A DNA stretch of 64,000 nt from Camelus dromedarius (GCF_036321535.1 NC_087437.1:82710001-82774000), one strand, 5' to 3'. Positions 25,565-39,284 are shown, counted from the stretch's first letter. Program-made: numbers and translations. The notes: generated by a model not told the origin, from the letters alone.

Positions 25565-26042
25565 CACCTTAATCCCTTATCTGAATTTCCAAAATCCAAA
25601 AACTCTGAAAACCATTAAGGTTTTCATTAGTTTATAGTAAACTCATTTGGTGGTAAACCTGACCTAAACTGACACGAGGTATCTATCTTTATCTTCACAC
25701 TTGGTGTGACTATTCACACATTTCACTAGAAAAATGTGAATGTGTTTCATTCCTGCTCTCAGCCCCTTGCTGTGGGTGTGTATATCTCAATACTGTGTAA
25801 GCAGGGCGGTCACACAGGGCCCCACACTTAGAAAGGTCCTGCACTTGGCTTAAAGCTCTGCTGTCGCTATCTTGAAATCCTTAATAACTTTTGAACAAAA
25901 CATTTTGCATTTTGCATTTTGCACAGGGCCCTGCAAACTGTATAGCTGGTCCTGAGTATAAGCACCAAAGCATCTTTCTAAAATCTGAAAAGTGATAAAT
26001 TATAAAACACATCTGACCCTGAGGACTTTGGTTAAGGGACCT
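25565..26042 (+). mobile_element. MER46C (Tigger-derived), split by MER91A
   Basis: atcccttatctgaatttcc...actcatttggtggtaaacctgacct; resumes after 25962 with ctttctaaaatctgaa...acacatctgaccc. Confidence 0.75.
25802..25954 (+). mobile_element. MER91A (hAT-Tip100)
   Basis: cagggc...gtcacacagggcccc...tctgctgtcgctatcttgaaatccttaataa...ggtcctg; degenerate 8-bp TSD tgtgtaag/agtataag. Confidence 0.8.
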
Positions 26043-26074
26043 ACACTGCTACACCACCAGTACTACTGCTGTTG

Positions 26075-26272
26075 TTACTAACAACGTGGATTGAATACTT
26101 CTAAGCACTTTAAACATGTTAAATACAACCTGGTGAGGTACACATTATTTTCTGCACTTTAACCAGTTGAATAAAGTAAGGCTTAGAAATTAACCCTGAA
26201 GGTTTTAAGGTCACCCAGATAGTAAATGGCAGAGGTAGAATTCAAACTAAGTTCTGCCTGCGTCTGGAACCC
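26075..26272 (-). mobile_element. MIR SINE
   Basis: aaggtcacccagatagtaaatggcagaggtagaattcaaac. Confidence 0.7.
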
Positions 26273-27815
26273 GGGAAAGAACATGTGCTGTTCTTGGAGG
26301 TAGGTGATTTGGACGTACAAGGATGAGCCACGGGAGACTGCCAATATTCCTTCATTTCGACATAGAAAAATGGCATTTTTATCTGGCTTTCCCTAAATAT
26401 GAAGGATGACTTGTAAAATAGAAGCTTCCTTTATTTCATATGTCTGTTTTTTTTTTTAATTTGAAATGATAACCAAACCAGTCCTCCTACTAAATAAATA
26501 AAAGGATGCAGTGTAGTCACAAGAAAAATTTATGTAGTTCAATTTAAACGAAGTTGCATGTCTCATCCTGTCTCACCAGGGATGACATCACTGCTCCTAA
26601 ATGGGGAGGACTGCTCACAGGGGAGACCCTGTTTTTATTGTGATCAGCTGCAGACCATCAGCAAGGATGACCTCATCTGCAGCTGAGGAGGTTTGACCTT
26701 TGCCCCTTCAGGCATGTGAAGCAGAAAAAAATGCTTCACAGGCTGAGGAATGTAAAACAGACAAGCATCCTTTGACCTGGCAGAGTTTATCAAGCATGTG
26801 TCAAGTGCAAACACTCAGACTTGGACCTGATGTAAAAGCAATTAAGAGGAAAAACAGTGAGTAGCCTGGGAGTTGGGTGGGTCCTTTAGTATTTCTTAGA
26901 AGTATTAGAAAAATGTATTTTTCATTTTCCAATAGTAAAAGATAAGAAGTGAGCCTTTTATTTAAAAAAAATGATGCTTGTATGAATTTTCCATAAAGAG
27001 TTGGTAGAATTTAAATTTTTGTTATAATCAGTTTCTGTGAGAATATCTTAGACCTAATCCAATCTATTAGGTCTACCAATGGATGGTTAATTGAATAGTG
27101 TTTTAAAAATTGTAAGACATGCTAAATTTTTTAACTGTTGCAGTGATAGGAAAGATTCCATAATGAGGCCCCAGGGTTCGATACTCACACATGGCCAGGA
27201 ACGTGTGGGAGTTCAGTGGGGACGCTGTCTGTGGAGGAGTCTTTCCCTGCCCTGCCTGCTTCCACTGAACCACTCACAGACAGAAGAGCTTCCAGTGTGA
27301 CAGATTTCTTTCTGTTCAAAAACTCCTTACCAGCCAGAAATTGTTTACTGTTTTAGGATCTTTGACATGCATCCTTCAGTGTAGAACTCATGGGCACCAT
27401 GACTGAAAGCTCTTAAAGCCAGTTGAAAGGAAGGGTGAACTTGTAAGATCAAAAAAGATTGCTCCCATCTCCTGGCCGATGGTTAGTCAACACCTGCTAA
27501 ATCACCCAGCCTGTGGGAAGCAGATTTTCTCGTGTTTCACTTGCAACTGTTTGGAGAGATGGAAGCCATCCAAAAGAGTCCTGAAATCTGAAGCATGAGA
27601 AAGACTTCATCCAGGTAGAGAAGGCAGTTCATTATCCCAATTTTAAGCTGGGCAGTTACTCAACTTAACAGGCCAAGTCCTTTATGTTTCCTGAGTGATT
27701 TTTATCTTCCTCCTGCTTCCCACTCTCCAAGTAAAATGAATCTCGTTCCCTCAAGCTGAGAATCTAAGACCAATTGTTTAAAATATGTGAGGAAAAAATA
27801 GCTGATGATTTAGGT

Positions 27816-27914
27816 GAAAATTCTGAGGAAATCTTCACATTTCTCTTTTAAAAATAGGGTAGCTACTGGAAAAAATAATATATGAGGATGATTGTTTAGA
27901 CCAGGATTTCTCAA
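27816..27914 (+). repeat. Local direct-repeat copy of 29235-29331
   Basis: By-eye alignment ~85% identity over 99 bp; flanked by 23-bp direct repeats (19/23 identical). Confidence 0.85.
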
Positions 27915-28349
27915 ATCAAAAACAGCTGATTGTTCAGGTGGTGAATGTTGTCATTCTTCCCTTCATTTTTATTGTTTCTATGGTGCTAGTGGTGGTTGTT
28001 CTGATTTTCATCCCAAATATTAGTTTTGATAAAATACTGTTGAAAGTGAGATACCAAAGTTCAAAACGTACTTATAATCCAGCAATATTTTTGGTTAAGT
28101 AGAGATTAGAATTTCAGGGAGTTTTCCTTGGTTATCCCTCAGTATACCAGAAAAAAACAATCACTACAATTTACCATCTGGATCCAATAAACCCTTTTAA
28201 TTTACATGATATAAATTTATTTTCAAATACTTACAGAAATAAGCATAAAGAGATAGCGTAAAGCTGTATTACAGAAAGAGAAATTCCAAAAGGTATTGTA
28301 CTTTAATATCTCTTTTTTACCCACTCTGTAGAGTTTGTTGGATTTATAA

Positions 28350-28790
28350 CTGGATGAAATGAATGGATAAATAAATTGTGGTTTATCCATACGATAGAAT
28401 ACTACTCAGCATAAAAGGGACTAAACTATTGATACTCTTAACAGCATGAATATATCTCAAGATAATTATGCTGAGTAAAAGAAATCAGACCAAAAAAAAA
28501 AAATTCTATGTGTCTCTTCCAGTTGTGTAAAATTCTTAGAAAATGCAAACTAATCTGTACTGACACAAAGCAGATCAGAGGTTGCCCAAGGATGACAGGA
28601 GGAAGCAGTGAAAGAGGAGAGGGAGGAATTACAAAATGGCAAAAGAAACTCTTGAGGGTGAAGAATACGTTTATGATCTTGATTGTGGTGAAGGCTTCAT
28701 AAGTATATACACATGTCAACATTTACCAAGTTGTAACAAACTACGTAGGTGAAATTTATTTTATGTCAATTATATCTCAATAAATTTGCT
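28350..28790 (+). mobile_element. L1MC-type 3' end
   Basis: gaatggataaataaattgtgg...atgctgagtaaaagaaatcagacc...gcaaactaatctgtactgac...ctcaataaa. Confidence 0.85.
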
Positions 28791-29318
28791 AATTTTTTTT
28801 TTTTTTAATGGAATTCAGCATGGAAAAGATAAGGACCAGGTCATGGAGAAACAAGGACTTGCGATCAGGTCTCTGACACTGAAAACAGCAAAGAGCAAGC
28901 AGCGTAACTCTGCCAATGATAGGCTTGCTAGTAAGAGTAGACAAGTTGTCTAGGGAAGGTTGCCTGTGGACTAGGAAGACAGTCATGTGCAGGTCAAGGA
29001 TTTTCAATAGAGAAGTCTTCTAGGGAAGGATTGCCAGCTTAGGGAGTTTAATGTGAGGGCCTGCCTTACGTTTTGACCAGTTTTCTCTGCAAGGCTTGTA
29101 AAATCACAACACTGACTTTAATTCATCACAGAAAAATCATATGGTTGATTTCATCTGGCTTTTCTCAGCCAGTTTATGGCTGTTTAGCAAGTAAGTTTTA
29201 AAGGATCAGGAAATAAAGAGATAACCTACTCTTGGAAAATTCTGGGGAAATCTTCCCATTCTCTTTTAATAATAGGAAACTACTGGAAAAAATAATATAC
29301 CAGGATAATTGTTTAAAT

Positions 29319-29517
29319 CAGAGTTTCTCAACTTGAGCATTACTGAACTTTGGGGTTGGATAATTCTTTGTTGTGAGAGTACCTTGTGCATTATAAGATG
29401 TCTAGCAGCATTCCTGTCCTCTAATCACCCTTCCTCCAGTTGTGACAACCAAAAATGTCTCCAGAGATTGCCTAATGTCCTTTGGGGTACAAAATAACCC
29501 CTGATTGAGAACTCCTA
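29319..29517 (-). mobile_element. MER20
   Basis: cagagtttctcaac...ggataattctttgttgtg...gtgacaaccaaaaatgtctccaga...ttgagaac. Confidence 0.85.
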
Positions 29518-32500
29518 CATCAGATTCGCTGTCATGTTTGATACAAATTCAGAAATTATTAATAAGCAAACAATGAATTTAGAAAAGTTATTTGCTTAAT
29601 ATCAGAGAAGATTGACATCCTGAATATGTAAAGAGCATTTTGCAAAGCAGTAAAAATGTACAGCTAGAGAGAGAAACATAAACCCAATAATAATTTTAAG
29701 AATTCCAACTCAGCTTACCACTGGTAAAGAGTTTTGAAATTTAGAATCAGTCGTCCTCTTCACTGCTTAGTGTGTTAGCAAACATTCTCAAATCTTATTG
29801 CCTGCAGTATACAGCATAGCAGCCAATGGTATCAGCTGATAATTTCTCAGCCAACAAACATCTGATAGCATTGAATATTCCCCTAGACTTCAAACAACAG
29901 TAGCCACAGTCTGTAGACAATGCCCCTTATGTATGATCGCTTGGAAAAACTTTCCTTTAAATGTTAATACAGAAAAACTTATCACACTGGAAATGATCTT
30001 ATGTTTCTGTTAATCAAATGAGATTGAAGTGGTTCTTCCTGATTTAGCCTGGACTGCCAAAACAACAAAAAAACAAAAACCCCAGACTAAAAGATCAGTC
30101 ATGTATCCATGTGAATTCAATGTGTGAGTTATATTATCTTTGCAGTTTGTTTACTTGTTTGTTTCTTAAACCCAAATTTGGGGCTCTTCTTTGGAGTAAA
30201 ACAGGCTCATCGCTGTTTATAAGTTCAATTCTGACTTGCAAAAACTCCCATGTTTTTCCCTATATTACCATGTTTTTTCCCTTATAATCCCCCATTTAAT
30301 CTTGGCTGCCAAATCAGACAGACGGAAAGTGCCAGAACACTTTTTTCTTGCATCTGTAGAAGAAACTTTAGCAGCAAACAGTAACTGCTCCAGACCTGAC
30401 AAATAGGTGCAGATATTCTCTTTTGGTAGTTTCAATTTTCTGTTTAAATCTGAAGCTTTATTGTATACATATATATCAGTGCAGGCCATGTTAAAACATT
30501 TGGGAGAGACTGGAGGGTTGTAAGTAATGAATAAATTACCTAATTCATAATTCTCCTTTTGTTAAAAATGACAGTAGATAGAAGTACTAATCCTAAGAAA
30601 AAGAAGCACTGTAAATGTTTAGAGAAGGCCTCTAAATGTGGATTCTTCAAAGCAACTTTTGTTTTCAGAGCCACTGATAAAAGATACATTGTAAATGCAG
30701 TCATTTCAGACCCTTCCACTGTGCAGAGAAAGGATTTATTTGCATGCTAATGTATGCAAAAGGATAAGTAATTCCTCCTCTTCTCCTACTAAATACTGAT
30801 CACAAAGCTTAGATTCAATGTCAAATAAATCTCTGGAAGCTGGTACTCAAAATCACTGCTGGGGAAGAGAAAAGCTTTATGTGTCTATCTGGGCCCATGG
30901 ACAAAACCAAGGTTTCAGTCAAGTACAAGGCTTACATTCCAGCTGTGCAACCATCTCCCTCTGTGACCTCAGACAAATGATTATACTCCCACATTCCTAT
31001 TTCTTCATCTATAAAAAATGTCAAGGAAAGTTTGGTAGGGAGGGGAGGAATCTCAGTGTTCAAACTCAAACTATAGATCAAATTGTTATAATTAAACCCA
31101 CAACATAACCCACTCCCACCAACCTATAGTAGATGCCACAATATTATATCATTTGTCACTAAAAATCTGCTTATGTTCCATCTGGTACAGACACTAACGT
31201 GATGTATTCTTTAATCGGCAAAATAAATCCCATTAGAGTGCACTACTGGCATTGTTCTTTCCCTGCATTCTTTGAACTCCTTCAAAACTAAATAATCTTC
31301 TGGGAAGCATAAAAAAAAAAAAAAAAAAAGACTAAATATGCAAGATGTGAAACTCTTTTAAGAGGAAGAAGTTTAGTTTTAATGAAAATCCCAATTCTAC
31401 TTTTAATATTAGCCTTTATCTGAAAATGTGGAAGGGAAAAAACTTACTTAGATTATACTCTTAAATGAATCAGAGAAAATTGTTTCTAGTCCTAGTTTTG
31501 TGACTAACCAGATATGCGACCTCAGACAATTATGGCTGATTTATAGGGAAAAAATTACATAATTATGTATATATGTTATGTATATATGTATTTGGAGGCT
31601 TTAAGATAACATTGAAAATAATTAAAATATTAAGTTAAGAATCTTTTAGAAGGATTTTACATTTTTAATAACTTGGGGAAGTGTTCAAATAACATTAAGT
31701 GAAGAGGCAAGAAAAGGGGTACAAATTATATGTTTAGTATGATCTCAGCTGCCAAGATTAAAATGCTAAGGCTAGAAAGAAATTCAATAAAATGTTAGCA
31801 ACAGTTGTCTTATTTATTGTGGGGGAATTGTACATGATTTTTTTTCTTCTTTCAACTTTTCTTTAAAATACAGTATTTGCTAATACCCCCATGTTATCTT
31901 ATAATTAGAAAATAACAAATTATTTATAAAAGAAAAAAGAAAATATATGACTCCCATGCAACGAGAAGACTTTAGCTTTCATGCATCTGTTAATTCTGCC
32001 GAGTAGTGACAGTTATTCCTGAGAATGCTCAGATAATCTTACACACCCCAACATTTCAGCACCAAAAGATTAGTGATATCCCACGCCTTGCAAAAATGGA
32101 TTTCCAGGTAGTTCAAATTTCCTCTGCTTATTACTGGAATCAAGTGATGCGGAATCGGGGTTGGCAGTGAGGACATAATTGCCCCCGCTGCAGACCAGGA
32201 AGCCATCAACTCCACTGGAAGTGATGACGGTGGGCAGCAATGACGCACTGGGAAACCTTATTAGCAGAGCCACAAAATAACTTCCTAAATGACCCATAAG
32301 TCATGCCTAGCAAATGTATCAGCAAACCTCTGTGGCTTTATTACCCGACCCTCTTCCTGGAGGAAACCACCTCCCTCTCTCTCCCACAGAGAAGTCATGA
32401 GCTGTCAGCTCTGGAGCCCTGCACACACTCAAAAGAGCCCTCCATGGTCTTTCTGTTCATACACACAGAGCTCGTTCCTAGTGCAGCTATGACCCGTTTC

Positions 32501-32680
32501 TTCACTCATTCTGTATTTATCAAGCACTAAGTATGTGCTAAACCCAGGAGACAAAAGTATCTTCTCATTTAAAACAGGAGAGTTTAAAACTAGCAAAATT
32601 TGACTCATTCTGGCAAGTAGTACCTCCAAGTTTTAACTTGAAGTTTGCCTCTAGGAATTGTAGAAAGAGATTGCATTTTA

Positions 32681-32743
32681 CCTTATTTATTTATTTATTT
32701 ATTTATTTAGGTTCTTTTCAATGTTTATTCTTCTCATTAGGGG
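32681..32743 (-). pseudogene. Tiny retroposed 3'-end fragment inside a MIR
   Basis: (TTTA)n tail; minus-strand AATAAA at 32724-32729; 10-bp TSD ttgcatttta (32671-32680, 32744-32753). Confidence 0.55.
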
Positions 32744-32899
32744 TTGCATTTTAGAGTCACGAAGATCTGGGCTTGAATCCCAATAGGAAAAAATATTAAT
32801 GGTTTGACCTGGTTCGTTTACATAACCTTTCTGAGCCGAGAGAGTTACTTGATCTCCACCTGAAGACTGCATCCCTGACCCTAATCTAAGAGATCGGTC

Positions 32900-33120
32900 T
32901 GATATTTGGCAGAAAACACATAAAAATGCCAGTTCTCTATTTTAGTATTCATCGTCCTGTGATACTTGCTCCTAGTTAGGTCATAAACTTGCATTCCAGT
33001 CTCTAATTGTGAGGAGTTAGAGGACAGCAACTGTGTCTTCTTTTCCTTTGAACCCTCAGAACCTACTATACTGATGGCACACGGTAGTCATTCAATAACT
33101 GTTTGCTTACTGACTGACTA
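32900..33120 (+). mobile_element. L2 3' end fragment
   Basis: aggacagcaactgtgtcttc...ggcacacggtagtcattcaataactgtttgc. Confidence 0.55.
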
Positions 33121-35614
33121 ATTGGACTGAGCCTCTGCCTTGTTGGGGAAACCCAGTCACCACCAGTTCGGTGACTCAGTCCCTGTTCTGATCCCTGTTG
33201 GTTACCTTTCTAGTACTGTAGCTCTTCTAGGACGCAGAGCAGGGCCTTCCCTTTCTTCCTCCTGGAAATTCACTCAGAGACCTTAATTTCTGCCCTAAAG
33301 CATCCTACTGCAAATTTTTGACAATGGTAGTTTGCTTAGCTTTTTGCATCTCTAAATGTCATATCTCCCTGGCTTCAGCGTCACTCTGACCTTGTGACTT
33401 GCGAGAACACCACATCAGTCTGGGTAGAATCTCCTGAGGGCTGTTTTTGCCTAGACTGTCCCCTTGGGGAGTGTAATGGGTACTGCCAGATGTCTTTTGC
33501 TTATCAATTATACACTATATGGATAAGAAAATCACTTGTTCTTATAAAAACAAAAAGATTTACATCTTATCACACTCATTCCATTTACCTATAAAACATG
33601 ACTATCCAAATTATATGAGTTCCGTGAAATAATCTGTCAAATGCAAAAAAAGAGATAGAGAAAAGTAAATTTTGTTTACCCAAACAGAACAATGAAGTCA
33701 CCTCAAAACTTTTCATTTTCCTTTATAGAGTTGTTGTGTGCATGTGTGTGTGTACATGCGTGTGTGATTTCTGTTTGAATGAGTTGAACTGTCTCTACCC
33801 TTTACATTTCTTTCCAGCTTAAATAACAGATCAGTCAACACAGTTCCTCATATTGAAGGTTTTAATCTTAAACTCTTGCTTCATCTTATTTCCAGTAGAG
33901 TCAAACAATCTAATGGGCTAAAGCAACTCAGAATGTGGGTAGTCCCCCTTTTCTAACTCACCAATGGCTCAATTCATCAAGGAAACTGTAGACCCAATTG
34001 TCTTAGTCTTGATCACTAGAAACTCACCCCTAAGACAGCATCCCAATGAACAAAACAACCTCTGCCAGCTCATTGCCTACAAATAATAACTAGAAAAGTC
34101 CCCTAGAACTTGGGGAAAATAAATTGTTACCTTCACAAAATAATGGACAGCATTTTCATCAGTTGTTCAAAATTCTTTCTGAGTCATTGAGTAATGAGTT
34201 GTTTTAAGAGCATTTTCACTTGCTGAGAGGAAGATGACTCAAGGTTTCAAAGACAAGTTGGTGCCAAAGTTGAGGCAGAACAGTGTCTCCATTTTATCTA
34301 CCTCAGTGCTCTTAAACCAGTTGTTTGGAAAATCTGCTTCATCCTTCCCAAAGGTCCACGTTAGCAGAAGGGTCACAGGGTCATGTTTGTCCATCTAACG
34401 CCACATCCTGCTGCCAGCGATGACCTAGGAGAGAGTCCCTCAGAGGAAAGGATGATGTTCATGTCATAACATTTCTTGTTAACAGTGAGACGAAACACTC
34501 AAGAGAAAATATTTTCTTCTAACATTTCTTCACCACATGAGAAAATAGGAGACTAAGTTTAACATTTGAGCATAGAAGGATGTTGGAGCAATTTTCTTCT
34601 TACCTTCAGCTTCAAAATCTAACTGGATCACAAAATATTACAACTGGATAATTTTAGTCAGGTCAGCCTTTCCCATTACCATGATGGGAAGTCCAGAGGA
34701 AGAAAGCTATGTATTGTGTTCTTAGGCAATTATGGTAGAATATGATAACTAGATTTAAATTTCTCTCCATGGCTGATTAGTATAGAAAGTCATGAGGAGA
34801 AAGACAGAGGTAGTGCCATAAGCATTTGATTGCTCTTAATTGCCATAACGCTTCCTTCTGTAGGAGAGCATAGCTTTTTCTCACATGTAGAGGAAGAAAA
34901 AGCTGCTTTTGCCCTTTTTCTGTGAGTGTGAAATGTCTGTCACTGGACTGGGTTGAGGGAACGTTCTGAAGCACTTAATTGTGGCTGCCCATGACACACA
35001 AAGCTCTGCAACTAAACGACCACAATCGATGATGCTCTTACAGGTTTTCCAACAGTACTATACCACATATTCTTAAATACTTTCACACTGTTGTTCAGAC
35101 ACAGTAGCAAAATTTTAAAATTCACCTACTGATTGATCTTTTGTCTTCACCCTTGAAAACTAAGCTAACATGCACACTGGCTTCCTGCGTGGAATCATCG
35201 GGGTCAGAGGCAACTCCCTAATAAATAGTTGATAGTCCCTCTCCAAAGAAAATTATTTGAAGGGCTGAACAAACACATAACACCAATATCTCTGAACTTA
35301 TACAGGAACAGGAAATGACTGAGTACCTTGTTGATTCTCTAAAAACAGAGACCAAAAGGTGGGGTCGGGGACTTGACTTTTTCTGTATCCCACCCTTTCT
35401 CTCATCGTTCCAAAAGAAAAGCCCATTAGAACTGGAAGAAATAGGACAAGATCAGAGATGAGTAAAAACCTAGACTTAAAAGAATGAACTTATGAGAAAA
35501 ATCATAAAAGCACTGGCTCAATGAGAGCAGAATAGCTATATGTACTGAAGAATATAAATGAAAGAGAAAAAAATTGTTATGTGTTAGAATGGTCTAACAA
35601 AAAAGATGAGATTT

Positions 35615-35848
35615 ATTAATAACAATAGTTAAATTAGTGTATGCCACTAAATGCTATACAGACACTGTCACTCTTAACCCTTACAACAGCCTGGAGAGGT
35701 AGATACTGGCTCCATTTTATAAATGAGGAAATAAAGACATGCAGAGGTGTTACACCCACACAGCTGGTAATTAGTATAGCTGGAATTCAAACCCAGGCTG
35801 TTTGAATGCAAAGCCTACACTTTTAATCACAATACCATATTGCCTCTC
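35615..35848 (-). mobile_element. MIR SINE
   Basis: ccattttataaatgaggaaa...ggaattcaaacccaggctg. Confidence 0.8.
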
Positions 35849-35987
35849 AGTCTCACTTTTGTTACTAACAAGCTGTACGACAATATCCATCTGCCTCAAT
35901 TGTTTTCATAAAATGTAAAATAATACATTCTTTCTGTTTGTTTATGAGCTTGGATAAGGTGGAGCTCTGTTCTGCAAAGGTGGTGTT

Positions 35988-36225
35988 ACATAATGGTTAG
36001 TGTTGATCCGAAGTCAGGCTAAAGGTGTCCAGTTCCCAGGTCTGGTCTGCTCCTTGCTATCTGTGTGAGTTTAGGCAAGTTACATCACCTCTCTGTGCCT
36101 TTTCTTCACTGATGGTAAAATGAGGATGTCCCTAATTCCTGCACCATGGATTTGTTAGGAGAATTAAGTGAGTTCTTATTGGTAAACTGGTTAAGACATG
36201 GTCTGGCACATAATAAGCAGGAAAA
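35988..36225 (+). mobile_element. MIR SINE
   Basis: ctgtgtgagtttaggcaagttacatcacctctctgtgcct...gttaggagaattaagtgag. Confidence 0.8.
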
Positions 36226-36479
36226 TGTTTTGGTGAAATAAATTTTTAAAAGCCTGAATAGGTTAAGGCAAAAAAAATTTGAACTTCAGTATGAATTGGC
36301 TACTTACTGCTTAACAATCAATACTGACTTTCTATATATCCCATATTTGCCCTCTGCTAATTTTTTAACCAGAAATTTGATCTAAGAGGCCAGCTTCATT
36401 TTTTAAAAACACATCTGTAAGGGAACTCAAATCTGGTCATCAGCACTTGGTCCTTGTCCTTGTCTTAGCAGCACGTTCT

Positions 36480-36800
36480 TCTCTGTTATTTCTGCTCTCA
36501 AGTTGGTTCTGTCTGTGTAGTTGTTCCCAGTACCCACCAGTCCCCCTCATCATCCTAAAGCTAAAAATCCCAGTGGAAAAGGATTCTTATTCCTAATATG
36601 TTTAACCAAGTCCAGAACTGACTCTTGTTGGCCTGAATTGGGTCACATGATGATCCTGGAACCAATCACTGTGCACTGTGGCCAAGGGCTAGAATGTGCT
36701 GATTGGCTCACCAGTATGAATGGAGAGTGGGAGAAGGCTTACGTCTTAAGGAAAATGAAGGTGCTGTTTGGGGAGAAGGGGTAACCAGTGCTAGAGAGAC
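36480..36800 (-). mobile_element. Old MaLR LTR fragment (MLT1K/L-like)
   Basis: ttgggtcacatg...gaaccaatcactgtg...tgctgattggc. Confidence 0.55.
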
Positions 36801-39284
36801 AAGACAATAAATCTCCACCATAATGACCAGTAATATTTTTGTGCCACAAAAGCTGCACTGGGAAATAAAAAATTTGTTTACATATTTTGAGAAATAATGA
36901 CCAACTCTTAATGCCAACTCTGCTGATTTTGTTCCTCTGGAGTTCTCCCCCTGCTGAGAAGAAAAGTGACTTTCATAAACAGGAAGTCTTTAAAATTTGT
37001 TTTCACTTTTTAGTTTTGTTAACCATTTGCAAATCTTCTTTGGAAACTCCAGTGACTTTGTTCCTTTTAGTTCTCTTATAAAGACAAATGAAAGATAAAC
37101 TCAAGGGAAGTATGAAATGTCCAGCTGACCTGCTGAAAGTACAGTAAGTTTTTTATTTTCTCCATGATGACTCCTAGAAAAGAATCACTGAGATTTATAT
37201 TCCTCTCCAACCTTCCCACCCCAGAGTGAGATCATAGTTCATTCCTCACACATTTCCTTTACTTTAATGCTCTCTTTCTACTCAAATGAACACATTAAAT
37301 ACATCCAGAAAAAAACGGAGTTAGAATGAATAGGCAAAGAGACTTTAATGTCAAAATTTATATAAGAGAAATGGTGCTGTTTTGTTATCATTTTAAAATC
37401 AAAAGGAATAGTGATCAAAAGCCAGTTTTAGTTTCATTTTGTGAGCTCTTAGTATAAACAGAAGCACGAGATAAAAGTGGTATTTGGAAACTCCCCGTAT
37501 CCTATAATGTGGTTAATGTTGTCATACTGTCTTATCTAGGAATTTTTCTGTGCTCCTTTGAAGTGTCAATCGTCACATTTTACAATGTTTATCTTCTACA
37601 GTTGTTTACTTCATCCTTTTCCTAAGTCACTGGAATGATATTTCTAAAGAGTTACTTTAGATAAAATTTGGCACTGACCTTATTTCAAAACTTGTAGGCC
37701 ATCTTACAGGCATGGTGAATTCTTCACAGCACGAAACCGATATGACCTGTTAGCTTTGTGCAATGATAACCTCGGAGCCCATGAAATGTACTAAATATTA
37801 ATCTGCTCACGTGTCCCCAGCCCCTTACTGAGCCTCCCTCATGAGCCTGCATTCACGCGTGCACACTTCTTAGGTCCTTCCTTTGACCTCCTCCACATCT
37901 TATTCTCAAGTGAGGTGAAAGAATTTGTCAGGCTTAGAGGTGTCAGTCCCCTGGCCCTGACGTGTGTGTTATCTCCCCTACCAGGCATCTTCCCACAGGC
38001 AGGGCATAACAAGTGTGTTGACAGATTTCTATGAATAGAGAAAAAAAACCTCATATCCAAATTCCCCAAACCTCATGCAATTCTGTGGGTGATTTAGCCA
38101 AGCCTAACTTCCAATTCCAGAACTTGAGGGGAAAAAGGGTCCACTAGCCCTCTTTTTGTTAAAGAGCATAATAGCTTAACACCTTGCTTGGCCTCAATTT
38201 TATCCCTTCCATGAGTTGGAACCTCTGCTTCATAGCCCTCAGGAAACATCTCATCTAGGAAATCACTCTAACTTTCTGGGGAAATGAAAAGACCAGAGTA
38301 GGAATGATGTTTTATGTGATTCTTCAGCATAAAATTTAGAGAAGGCAGATTTTTGGAAGAACCATTCATTGTGTGCTGGAAATCCTGCCTGGCTGTTTCG
38401 TATTTCTTACTCAGAAGCTGAAGTCCTCAGGTCACTAGGAAGCTCTTCAGCAGAAGCATGGGAATAATGGTGACTTTGCAAATTCTGTTGCCATGTTCTC
38501 AAAGTAAGCTTTCTTACACGAAGCAAAGGGCTAAAACGTGAAAAGTCATTCTAATACTCGTTTTTTAAAAAGAAGTATCAGTGGAGGTTTGCTTTTTTGC
38601 ATCAACACAATTAATACCCTTAGGGCTGCTATGGGAAAAACACTGTGCTTGGGTGTGCCAGTGAGATGTCAGTGACAAACTCAAAGCAAAGGTAGTTTAG
38701 AGGGGGAAACAATGGGCAAAGATGGAGGCTGTGGGAAGTGCAGAAAGAAGAGAAGTGCAGGAAAAGGAAGAGAAGAGAAGAAAAGGAAGGAAAGGGAAAG
38801 GAGGGAAAAGGACAAGATAAAAGACTATAAATGTGGCCCACATAAAGGTGTCCTTGACAGATTAAACAAGCAACTGTTCACAGAGGGATGGAGAGCCTGA
38901 CCCACATACACAGGAAATGTGACATAGTTCTTGGACCTCTCCACAGATGTGGGAGCCTTTCTTAGGTTAGACTAAGTCCAGAGATTTGTTTCTTTAGTCC
39001 AAATCTAAATATTATCAATTCTTTCCATTGTCACATTACAATTCACAATGAAAAATAGAGTCATACTTACTTATTGTCCTTCCTAAATAGGAAGGAATGA
39101 CTTTCTGAATATCTCAGTTCAAAAACCATTAGGTGGGGTCTTATCAGTCAGTAGTTCGTGTGGGGAGGAGGGGCAGGAGTGGCCTGGCAAAAAGTAAGAG
39201 ACTAAAGGCTCAGTAAGGACATCTATATGTAGTGTCCTAGCTGTAGGCCCAGGGCCAGGAGGTTGATTTCATATACAGGGGTTG

